A stretch of DNA of 64,000 bases from Pavona decussata. Its lineage: Eukaryota. Each line of letters opens with the position of its first letter. The stretch's first letter is position 1. The notes beneath the pieces were generated by a model, which was not told the origin of the DNA, made no database searches, and saw nothing but the letters and a program-made list of their open reading frames with translations. The stretch covers positions 2,170,001-2,234,000 of the forward strand of contig CDRNST010000239.1 of assembly GCA_977016875.1 (NCBI GenBank), written 5' to 3'. The translations under genes and the position numbers were made by a program. Positions 1-12,139 of the stretch are shown piece after piece.

Positions 1-659
1 TCATTATGAAAGCAAGGCTTCGTGCAAAGTTTCTGTCATGAAAATTAGTTTCCATTCACATGCAAACAGAACTTATTTTCACATAAAAGGTTTTGCACCT
101 AGCCTCGACTTCCTAATGAGGTTCAAAGGAACCTGGAAATGGCTTATTGTATTGTTATTTCACATAATCCCATGTACTTTGTCATTATTCCAATCCCTTT
201 AACCTCTATGTAACCCCGCGGGTGTTTCAAGAAACATGATAAAGTATCAACGACATTGACTGGTTCAGATAGAGAAGGAACATTTGCCATCGCGTGTCAG
301 TGTTCATCTTGCAATTTTAATTTTTGGTCATAATAGTTTATGTTGTAGTAACTGTTTTGGAAAGGACGCCAAAGAAATGTGGAGAAAAATTTACTATGTG
401 CTGAGCCAACGTTTGTTTGCTCATAAAATCTTTTCCTTTTTGAGTTCTCGTGGCTGTCATCTTCGTGCACGTGTTTGCGTAAAATCCGTAATTCCGGAAC
501 TTAAGTAGTGACGACGGCAACACCAAAAGAAACGGTACTTGAAAATATGACTTTTTATTTCTTTATTTTTATTTAATTCATATGTGCTATTTCGTGATTA
601 TTTCGTTCAGCTCGTACAGAAACGGCGGACTACCCATGGCCAGAAACCAAATTGGTAGG

Positions 660-1489
660 CAGGCGCGTAGCTAAGGTTTCGATAGGGGGGTTCGTTGAGC
701 CCCAAATCTTGCCGAGCGCCGGAGGCGCTCTTACTAGGGGTTTCCGGGGACATGCTCTCCAGGAAATTTTTGAAAATCTAGGTTTCCGGAAACCTCATTT
801 CCTGCATTTTGAGACCCATTTTAGGCAAATCACAACTTTCTTTTACAGCAGCTTTTTAAGCTATGTACATCGTTTCGACGGCATAATTGTTTCAACTTAA
901 GCAAGAAAGTTCAATATACATTTCGCGCCCTGTCAAGTTCTGATAGCTATTCGATCTGCTGATAGTCATACTCCAAGCTGGTAAACTGCATCATTCTCGG
1001 GTGTAGGCCTTCGAAGAAATTGACTTTCTCGTCAAGATTGACAGGCATATCAAAAAACGTGTATCGTTGACTTACCGCCTTTGTGGTGGGAATTCTCAGG
1101 CAAACTTGTACGTAATTGCGCGTGGAATTCAACAAGGCTTGAACTATTAAGTTTGAAGAGAATCCCCTTTCAGAACAATGCCGCATTCAGAGAGCAAAAC
1201 GTACCGCAAAGCATGCTTTTCTATGGCTTTTTCGGGCGGATGCGGTTTTACCGCAAAAATGAAACGTCATTAAAATTTTGAATCTCCAAGGGTTCTTGAC
1301 AATTTTTATTTTTTACTGAGGATAAGACATAAGGCCTGAAGAACGGGTTTATATCTCTATTTGTCTTTGGTTGATGTATTTCGACCACAGGAACAAAATT
1401 AAACGTTTTTCTTCCGCCATTATTGATCTTCAAAGGGGGTTCGTTCGAACCCCTCTTACCCCCACCCCCCCCCCCCTCCTACGCGCCTG
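660..1489 (-). mobile_element. Non-autonomous hAT-like DNA transposon with 5-bp TSD, nested in an older repeat (~520-1660)
   Basis: TIRs CAGGCGCGTAG (660) / CTACGCGCCTG (1489); GTAGG duplicated at 655-659 and 1490-1494. Minus-strand internal translation (947-1186) has SERGFS and DMPVNLDEKVNFFEGLHPRMMQ, resembling a hAT transposase C-terminus. Confidence 0.7.
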
Positions 1490-1706
1490 GTAGGTGTGGC
1501 GTTCAAGTTAAGAAAGAGAATGAAAACATCACCGTCGTGTGTTTACGTTCTCCACAAAACCTAGAATTTGGTTGTTTCATGTTGTTGTTTTCCAGAAGAC
1601 GGCAAAGAAATGTGCCAAAATTTTAAAAATGCACGTGCACAGCAATTGGTTTTCCTCATTAAGCCTATTCCTAAATTGAGTCGCCACGGCCTCCAAGAAA
1701 AGCAGA

Positions 1707-1708
1707 AT

Positions 1709-1768
<60 letters not shown>

Positions 1769-1775
1769 TATTATT
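1707..1775. repeat. (ATTT)n/(ATT)n microsatellite
   Basis: Read directly from the sequence. Confidence 0.95.
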
Positions 1776-1857
1776 TTAATGCGTCAAACTTTTCTTAGCA
1801 AATTTTCTGTGAGTTGGATATTTTAAAATTAGAACTTTTAACTTGTAATAGCTTGGA

Positions 1858-2010
1858 NNNNNNNNNNNNNNNNNNNNNNNNNNNNNNNNNNNNNNNNNNN
1901 NNNNNNNNNNNNNNNNNNNNNNNNNNNNNNNNNNNNNNNNNNNNNNNNNNNNNNNNNNNNNNNNNNNNNNNNNNNNNNNNNNNNNNNNNNNNNNNNNNNN
2001 NNNNNNNNNN
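1858..2010. other. Assembly gap (N run)
   Basis: 153 N. Confidence 1.
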
Positions 2011-2149
2011 AGGTAGATAGAAAGTTAGTTGATAATGATAATTATATAGCTGATGGAATTACCGCGTCTGAATAAGGTTATCGTATCGTGTTGTTTTGCG
2101 GAGTTGTCGTTGTAACCGTGTTTTCTTTCTTTTTTTTTTTTTTTCATAG

Positions 2150-5100
2150 AATTCAAGTATTCAACTCGTGTTGTTTGTACTTACTTTATCAGCTTTATTG
2201 GAATTTATCAGGTACGTCGACAATTCAATATACTGTTTCAGTTCAATATTCTCAGTCGTGTGATATCGTCGAGGTCTTACGGTTCGATCAAACAGCCACC
2301 GTCTTGCTTTGTTGTGTGGTAGTAGAAGTGGGGTTGCCCCTCCTCTCTCATGCTATACATACACTTTACAACAGCTCCCTTAGTAATATGGGGCCGATCA
2401 ATGAAAACGTACAATCTCAAGGATGACATGGAGAAAGAGGGGATCAGCAAATATTTGGTAGAATTTGTTGATTAAAGGAAAATCACTGATTATGAAGCAG
2501 CCCTCTCTACTCGTACAAAGCAAGCACGTGTTGGTTTAGTAACTTTTCACGCGCGAATCTTTCTATCGGGGGAAGGGAGCGCCGACTTTCTAGAGGGTTA
2601 TGTAGGCGTACAGCACATATCGACACTGCAAAGGAATCGAGAAATTGTCATTTTAACCCTATCTAGATCGGGGAGGGGGGTGGGGGCGGCTTCTATCTCA
2701 AACCTCAAAAACATTTTAATATTAAAGCAATCGGCGGGGCATGAAACTTCAGAAATTTATCTGAAAAAAAAATGATGTGTTCGGGTTTTGTTGTTGTTGT
2801 TTTTCTTATTGACTTTGGTGTCATCATGGTAACCAATTTTTGACAGGCAGTTTCTTAGAAAATTGAAAACCCTTTTTTTAAATGAAGAAAAATTCCTTTT
2901 CTTATTGTAAATTTTACGCTTTTAGCTCATATTAGTGTTCCTTTATAAGGTTTGTTGATTCTTCGTTCAATTTCGGCATCTTCTTAGCTTGACATAACCG
3001 TGCCGTATGATCTGATTACTTCCCGTTGCGAAACTCAAAGGAAACATCATTGGACGTACTATCTATCCTCCAGGTGTCATTGTCATATTATTTATACTTG
3101 TGAAGTTGTGGAGGGGAGGGGGGGGGGATGGGTTGTCGAACTCCCTCCCCCTCCCGTCCCAGAAGACAGAAAAACGAGAAAAAACAACGAGAACAGCAAC
3201 AACGACAACAACAACAAAGAAAAGAAAAGAAAAGCCCGGTCTAGATATGGTTAATGTTAGGACGTAGTTGCTACTTTGCTATTGCTATATGCTAGTTTGA
3301 GGACATTTTGGGGGAGGTAACAATTTATTGTGTGTTTATTCTCGCTCAAAAAGCGAAGGGAAACTCGAAATTGTACGCAATTATAGTTGAAAAACAACAA
3401 CAACAACAACAAATGAGTAACTGAGTGATAAGTTTTTGCTTTTTGATAATTTTATCTATTTGTAGCAGCAACAAGAGCAGCGATAGTTACCAGTTGTCTA
3501 AGAATGATGGATCGATTTTCGTTGGGTGCACAATATATCCGCGCTTACTTTGAACATTCATAATATCTTTCATATAAAGTAAACACATCTTAACTGTGTG
3601 ACTTTTGCGAAAATTTAGCTGGGAATTATCAAGAGACTGAGGTAAGAGAGCGAATCCCCCATACATGCCCCTCTTCCGATGAAAATGTTTTTCAATCTAT
3701 TTTTGTTTGCGTTGCTATTTTAATGTCGACATCTTATTGGTCAGTTAGAGCGACGTCATTTAATTTAAAACTCAATGGCGGATTATAATTTCCCTAAATA
3801 GCATGGCGCGAAGGAAAAAAAAGATTGAAAATAATTATCATGGGGCACAGGGATTCGCTCTCTTACCTCATAGTCTCTTGGAATTATATGGTGGAATGAT
3901 TGATTACTCACGTGAATAGATGTTTCAATGGCAACAATATTGTTACATTTTTTTCCAAACATGGATTTTTTCCCTTTTTTATTTAAAATTTGCAAGTTTA
4001 TTCACCTATTGTAAGTTTTGTATTTTTTTTTCACCATTTTGACATCATTTGATTCTGTGCTTTGAAGATATCGAGAATTCCAATATGGTAGATGATCAAG
4101 ATGACGTCTTTAAAGAAAAATGACGCAATTCACATGTGATTTGACGTCATAGAACATTTAGGAAACAGTTTTAAGACATACTGTAAACCCTGTAAGTCTT
4201 ACGTCCGTAGCCTTAATCAGGTGAAGGCAAAGAGCCCATCCTAAATAGGCCTTATTGTGAAAAGGATGGAGGACGCTAGTTAAGTTTTTCTTTCAACGAA
4301 ATAAACTAGAACTTTATTTTGGCTAAATCTTCATAAAAAAAATCTATAATAATGAAATGTAATAATATTCTTACTATTGAAGAAAGTGAGGGGGATAGAC
4401 TTGCTTTTTTGGTCAAGGGGTGGCCGGCTATTCGAGAGCTTGTGCTTATAAAGAGCTCGGGCGGCGGACGCTTATTCGACGAAATGCCAACACGTTTGAG
4501 CAGGTCGTTCAACATTGTTAAAATTGAAAGCGTAAAAAAAGTTGAAAGCTTGTTGTAAATTTAAATTGGTTTAAACTTTCATTCAACATCTATACAACAT
4601 TTCTTTTGTTTTCGAAAATGATGTGAAGCCGTTGAATACACCGTTCAACATTTGTTCAACGTTTGCCGAGCATCCGTCCAACTATTGTTGGTCAAATGTT
4701 GAAGCCGTTTAAACCGGCCTTAACCTGTTTCTCTCAAAGACTTGTTTTCTACCGCTATCGAGACTCAGTACTCAAAAGATCTCTTGTCATTCGCATCTTT
4801 TCCAGATCCTTCTCCTGTTTTTTATCCTTGGAGGTTTTCTTCTAAGGCTCCGTGATCTCATTGAAGAAAACCCTTTTTTTGAAGTAGCTGACGGCAGGCA
4901 GTGGTTACTCATCGGAGCACGTATGTAAAAAGCTGATGGCTCTTCTTTTTTATTTATTTATTTATTTATTTTTCTTTAAACGAGAGTCGTGATCAACCTA
5001 ATTAAAGCGAAAAGATGAGACGTGTGTTTCCAATCACTATACTGAGTTAACACTCTACTAACTCATTAGATTAACACAAACAAGCATCTTTTGCTGAATG

Positions 5101-5987
5101 GTCAAATGCAAGACACACGCTACACCTGTCGTGGGAACGAGGGCCTGGCGTGTCGGTATTTAACGTGCTTAATCGCCGTGTGTTCATTTCAATCCACCGT
5201 GGCAAAGTGATAAGGTTGTTAGAGCAATTTGATTACTAGAATAATGTAAAATAATCTACTGTATTTTGGGCTGTCTCCCGAGCCAGAGTGCTTGACAAAA
5301 TTTCAGATCGAATTGGAATTTGGAATTTGGAAATGTTGGTTTTTGAGGAGAGGGGAAAACCGGAGTTCCCGGAGGAAAAACCTCTCGGAGCAAAGACGAG
5401 AAACAACAACAAACTCGCCCGGGAACCGAACCTGGGCCACAATTGGGAAACGAGTGCTCTCACCACTACGCCATCCCTATACTCCCCCACTTTTTACAAG
5501 CCAACAATTGCATAATTATTTTCTGTAAACATGGCTACAACGCTTTCAAAAGTTCATGCATCATGGAAAATCAGAAGCCATAGCTCGCCCTCGTGATTTC
5601 AAGATGACAGCGTTCTTACCCCTTCCCCTGCAGTTCTCCCTTGAGATTCGTCATGCACTGTGTTTGCTTTGTTATTTGTCAACATGATTGCAGTGTCCAT
5701 GTTTGTGGCTGTTGGAATCTCTGCAATTTATAGTGCAGTGCTGGTGGCAAACATGCTATCTTGGTACAGGTAAGGTGGGATTTTATAATGCATGTAGCAA
5801 ATATCAGTTTGTTCGTTACTAGATGAAGACCACGCCATATTTATTTTCTTTGCCATTAGGATATCCTGGATTTACGTGCTTTATTCCCGAATCTTGTACT
5901 ACTACTACTACTACTACTACCACTACCACTACCACTACCACTACCACTACCACTACCGCTACCACTACCACTACCACTACCACTACC

Positions 5988-6064
<77 letters not shown>

Positions 6065-9000
6065 GCCAGCCTACCAGGCTTCCTGCTGGCGTCATAACTA
6101 TGGCACGACCCTACGTTGTGGTGCACTTCCACTATTTCTACCAGCACTTACAGTCGTCGTAAGATTTTATGTGCCATAATACAGGGGATAATTATTTAAT
6201 CAGTCGATCATGATCATGTTGATTTTCATAAATATAAGCTCTATTCTAGCTTCTAGTACGTAGTTTGTGGAGTAATTGTCAATCATAGTATTTGGTATGT
6301 TATTTATCTACAGGGGTCATTTGCTACGTCTTCAGCGAGGTGAAAAGGGATTTTTACCAATTGAAATCTTCAATCGTAACCCTTCTTCTATCACGGTAAG
6401 GCATGTTGACCGGTTGAATATAAACTGGATTTAAAAAATCCTATAAAAAAAGGTGTTTTTTTTTTTGCATAACGAACATATAAGAAGCTCACCGCTTTGC
6501 CTGTTTGTCAACCTATAAGAACTGGATGTGAACTCGTTTGGTGTGTTCAGAAGCTACATTTACAGTCGAACCAGGTCAAGCGTACCCCCCTAGACTCTAT
6601 TAATGAATCGATTATTTGAAAATTGAACCCATTAGTCGTTTCAAAGAATGCATTCATTTATTCATTGTTAGCGCGGATCGATGTTCAAATTAAAATTCGT
6701 ATAACATAGATTCGCGCTAACAGTAAAAGCAATAGCCTGTAAAATTCAAACGACAGTACATAATTGAAACAGCTCGTTCGTTAAAACTGTTCCTGCGTGT
6801 TGTTGACACATTCATATAATTCGTTATGCAAATTTGGTCATGGCAAGAGCACAAAGTCAAGCGCTTGCAAATGAGTCGGGCTGAAAAATTCCAATTTATC
6901 TTTCATGTATAGCTAGCATTACCCACCTTGTAGCATGAAAAAGTTTGGTATGTATTATTATTTCACCAGACTGTCCATTATACCCCGACGAATAGCGCAA
7001 CACATGTGCTGCCATTGTCGAAGGTCAACTGAAATGAACATCTTTCACTGAGAGTTCGCATACTTTTCGCCAAATTAATTTGCATATACCTCAAAAAGAG
7101 AACCGTTTATTATGATAAAACGCTTCCAGTCCTTTTTCATTTTTGTTTTTGAATAACTAACGGAAAAAACGCTAGTGTACAAACGTAAAATGTCCATTTA
7201 GTGATCATCAGTGAGTTTAAACTTACGTGACAGGACCACCGTGCCCGGTTTAAAATGGCGAATTTTTTTTCTGACAGTACGCGTTGACTGCTGTAAATCA
7301 AGAGAAATCTGCTTTTTGGAAAATCCATTGCTATATAAGTCAAGAATTGCCGCTCTGAATATATTAAGAGGGGTTTTTCCCGCGGGCTTTCTGGTTTTCT
7401 GGTTTCATGTATTGTTCGTATAATCCAATCAGAAATCTAATTTTGATTTGAATACTTGAAACGACTAACGGGTTCAATTTTCAAATAATAGATTCATTAA
7501 TAGAATCTAGGGGGGTACGCTTGACCTGGTTCGACTGTAAGGAGGGTGCCTCCTTAAATGCATCTTTTTTTTTTTTTGTTCATATATATGTTTATTTATT
7601 TTATTTGCCTTCACACCTATTACATAAATCATAGATTCATTATTATTATCATTATTAACATTAATTAAATAAAGTTTCAATTATTTAAATGAAAACCCAT
7701 AATTGCCTTAACATTGAAGGGAAAAAAAAGAAACAAATATTGTTACTCTTAGCATTACATTGTGCTTAGTTACTTAAAATGTTTTCCCCGAACATTTTTC
7801 ATTTTGTCGAGAAAAAATTCGTGCTATTGGATTTTTCATGAATATATTTTTCAGTTTTATGTTTAATTGAAAGAATTGCTTTGGAATGGCTAAAAGTCGG
7901 CTTAGTATTTCTATTTCTACATGACCACAAATATGATTTCCCTAAAATTATTATATAACTGAACAGATCTATCTCCTCTTTTAGAACTCCCACAATAATA
8001 TCCTGATAGGAAAGCGAGAAGCACCTGCAGTTACTAAGCTTAATTAGAATTTTCTCCATAACCTCGTTCCAAAAGGATTTTGAAAAAACTGCAATAAGAA
8101 AAAAATGTGGGATAGTTTGCTTCTGGGCATACATTCCGCGCATCTCGGGAAACGACGGTCCAAGAAACTGTTGTTAGTTCTTCTGAGCGGTGACTAGTAA
8201 TTGAGAGTTACATTTGCGCGAAAAAGAAGATGTAAGAAGATCTATTGGAATCCAAAACGGAAATCGGTTGTAACCTCACACTTTTCAGAGATAATTTTAG
8301 CTTCAGTTTGGGAAAAAAATCCATATATTGTTCAGTATGTATTTGAAAACTTTTAAGATTTGGTTTTGCTCACTTATCTTTTGTTACGCCCAATTTTATT
8401 TGGATTTCAATATCCACTGGAATGATCTACTTTACACTCATAAGCATAAACTGCGCAAAATACTTCTGTATTAGGATGCACCGCCCTTAAGCAACTGATT
8501 AGAAGCAAGAAATTCTTTCGACGTGTTGACACCGACTTTGGTCCTAGCGGTAATTATAATTTTAACCGTCGCGTTTGAATGTTTTTACTTTTATCGTTTT
8601 TTAATTCGATTGTATTTTTTAGGTTGCAACATTGAAATACTCAGGTTTCCAGGTGGCCTATCTGTGTTGGGGTAAGTGTTTCCTTTTCGTTTTCTAAGAG
8701 GAATCCTGATGGTGTGTATTGAGATGCTCTCGTGCATCGAAATACATCTCAGAAACCCTAAACATTTGGCAAGAGTGTTTATTGCCTTAAGAGTATAGGT
8801 ATATGTATTTTTGCCCTTAGCTAGTGGTTCGACGATAACCGTTAGTGTGTTGGGCTTCCACCGGTATTCGTGTCTAGTCTAATGTAACTAATGTCAAACT
8901 CACAATTCAACAATATGAATCGAAATGCTTAGTACATTAAAATTACTTTTTCTCAAAGGTTCCATTGTCGCCGTTGTCACGTTGACCGTGGTGGGGTTCG

Positions 9001-12000
9001 TGATCGGCCAACAGCTGATTCTGCCAGCAGTGAATGGAAGTCTTGACTCCTTTGTTTGGTTAAAGCTCCAAGATCTATGGTATGTCTTTGCGGACATCAG
9101 CATACTACTAGTAATAGTCAAAGATTAGGGAGTGTGTTCAATGATCTTGATTCCAGGCTCTCTCTCCTTTGCCAAGTTGGTGATGATGTCATTTGCCCCT
9201 GCAAAATCTGCGGGGGATGCCAGATACGCGTCCCTAGATCCATTCATTGATTGTCCCATACAATCTCGACTCCAAAAGCGATTAGGAGTGCGTTCTTTCT
9301 ACGTCTAACGCAACTTGGACTTCATACTGTCCAATTTGGAAATAATTGTAGGAGAAAATTTCCAACACTAGACAAGCATATAGTAATAGAGTAACTTTCA
9401 ACTGAGTGGACAGTCGCTAAACCAATCACAGCAGACGCAAACGGGGCAATGAACGAATCAGTTTTCTAAGCAAATGCATTTTACTTGCACCAAGCGAGGG
9501 AAAACGCGTGAGAACAAGTCACGATTGGTTCAGTTTAATTTGGTTCTCCAATCTCACTGGTCAGTGAAAAAGTGGCACAATTTTTTCTCCAACAATCACA
9601 GAGCGTATTAAAGCCAGAGCAAAAAAAAAAAAAAATGGAATGAAAGTTACTTTGAACACTCAATTGAATAGTGTTCTCTTATTTCTTAGTTATATTGTGC
9701 CAGCAGTATGAAAATATGAAAATCAGTAAAATGGACTAAAACTTGAAAGAAACTAAAACATGTTTATTTTTAATCACTTTGGTTCACTAAATTGCAAACT
9801 GAATAGCCATTTTTGATATTACAAGATTAGCACTGTTACTCAGTAAAGAAACTGCTGGCCTCTTACATGCAAGTTGAATGATGCGTAGAGTCACAGACCG
9901 AATTTCAGCTCACCACTTTTCCTCTAAGGTATGACATATTCTTTGCGCATTTTTCACCGGAATTAGGGGCCACATACTGTACACTATAAATTAGACTTTC
10001 TTGAAAAGTGTCGACTTCCATACAATACGTTCTTTTCTGGGCTTCTGAGGCCGGCAGATAGGTCAGTCGAGCTGAAAATATCATCCTGTGTTCTCTTTGG
10101 ATATTAACAGTTTAAAATTTACAGTATACACTGGGTTTTGTTTCAGGCCCGCTGTGGTAATTTCCCTAGTTTTCTATTGGATACAGTTATTGTTGGCCAA
10201 GTACGCATTTTTGATAGACAGGGGAACGACAATGGCCCTGGATAACAGGTACGGCAAAGTCACGAGGACAATTTTAGGTTTGTGAAATTCTCGTCACCAG
10301 AGCTCAGCGGATTTTTGTATGCTCTTTCAACCTCTCTCAACCACTGACCCGCAAAAAACGTGGGCACTGGGTACGAATTGTGAACATTTACGTTTCACCC
10401 TCTGCCCTGTCGAAGATGATGATAGTTAAATCTTCCTGGCCTATTATTTATACATTTTGGAATGACTTGTAAAAGTATTTTCTCGCGCTCTCATTGGCTA
10501 ATTTTGTTATTTTTATTAGAAGAATTGTAATTGCAATACAATTGCAATTGTATTTAGCGTTTTTTTTTTAAATTATTATCATTATTCCTTTAATACTGTA
10601 AATTTACTTCCAAACCGACATATTCATGAAATCTATAATACCAAGAATAACAGGAATAATAAACGATGAGACAGTACATTTCGGGATGGACATTAAATCC
10701 TCTGAAGAGGATATATAATTTTAACTATGAAAAGGAAGAAAATGACTATTTCTAATTGTATGATAAGAATAAAACGGTGTGGTTCCACAGGAGAATCTCT
10801 CCGGATTTTTTTTTATCTCCCAGCTAACCGATAGAAACGTTAATTCCACTACGTCTCGCTGGAAGAAACTTCTAATTTGAACCCACTTGACAATTAGTGC
10901 AAACAACAGGGTTATAAATTATTTAGTTTATGGCATACGCGAACTACAGAAATAACCAAGAGATCACGACTTTCAGGCCGTTTTTCGGGTTTGCCGTTTA
11001 CCACTTTGCCAGACGTCCTGTCTATTTATTTTGGAGTTTTGGATCGCACTGCTGCAATTAAATTCAAGTAACCGCTGTCTTATTTCACACTCCCTATAAA
11101 ATAACTAGTTCTCTGCCCGCTTCTATAGAAATGTAAACACAACCGTTTTTTTCAAACGTTTTCTCTTTCTATTTAATGTTTGTATATATGCGCGCGGAAA
11201 ACAAGTGAATGAATAAATTATTTCGCGTCGCTTCAGAATTTGACTTGTAGAGATAAAGCCTGAAAAAGGGTGCTGATAGGGATTTTATGGGCCACGTCTG
11301 AAAGCAGGTCTTGAAAATTACGTACCCCTCCTCCTGGAAATTATGGCATGATTTACGATACGACTGTTTAAAGTTATATCTACAAAAACATGATTAGTAA
11401 CTCTAAAGAATTGTCAATGGTGCTTGGGAAATTTTGGACAAATGTGTGGAAGTAGTAATTGACATTCTTTGTAATATAAATATAACACGGCATGATCGTT
11501 TGGGGGATTACAATTTTCTTCTGTTGTCAAACTAAAGCATTTGGAAAGAAATTCTTCATCTTCGCATGCCCATTACCGGTTGCTGTAAGTCGTAATTGTT
11601 TAATTTTATTTAGCCCTTTTTTTTTGTAACCTTATATATAACAAAACGGGTGTCTTCCCTCAACAGACGGCTCTTCCATGTTTGCACTTACTTCCTGTTT
11701 TTCTTCAACATCTTCCTGGGTTTTATCTCCTGCCTCAAGCGTGTTATCATCGGTGCTGTTCTTGGCGTGATGTTCCTTGGAAGGACGCAGAAAAGCGTCT
11801 TATCACGTGACTTTGAGCTCAGCGATCCAGGTTTGACCAACAATTATTGTTTCGAAAATCCACGGAGAAATAAAAAACTAACTAAAAAGTTTGTTCTCAG
11901 GTGAAACTGTAAGTAAACAAGTAAACCTCTGCAATCGATCAGAGCTTTTGCAAAGGTGACAAGAGTACGCACGGGCTAACATTGACACAAAACATAAAGG

Positions 12001-12080
12001 ACCTCTGCAAAATACCACCGTGTTTTCACTTAGATTGACACGTATGTTGTACCAGAAATTACTTTCCGAGCTGTGACTGC

Positions 12081-12139
<59 letters not shown>

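Noticed and set aside
3261-3530. Possible extra STRA6-like exons after the piggyBac-like MITE
   Set aside because: Phases do not join to the 5694 exon; the true 115-nt paralogous exon is 4806-4920.
5400-5478. tRNA gene (also 32167-32215 and 27280-27330)
   Set aside because: A/B boxes are present but there is no full cloverleaf, and SINE body sequence follows.
5823-6095. Poly-T/N and poly-I/GS ORFs
   Set aside because: Translations of an intronic microsatellite.
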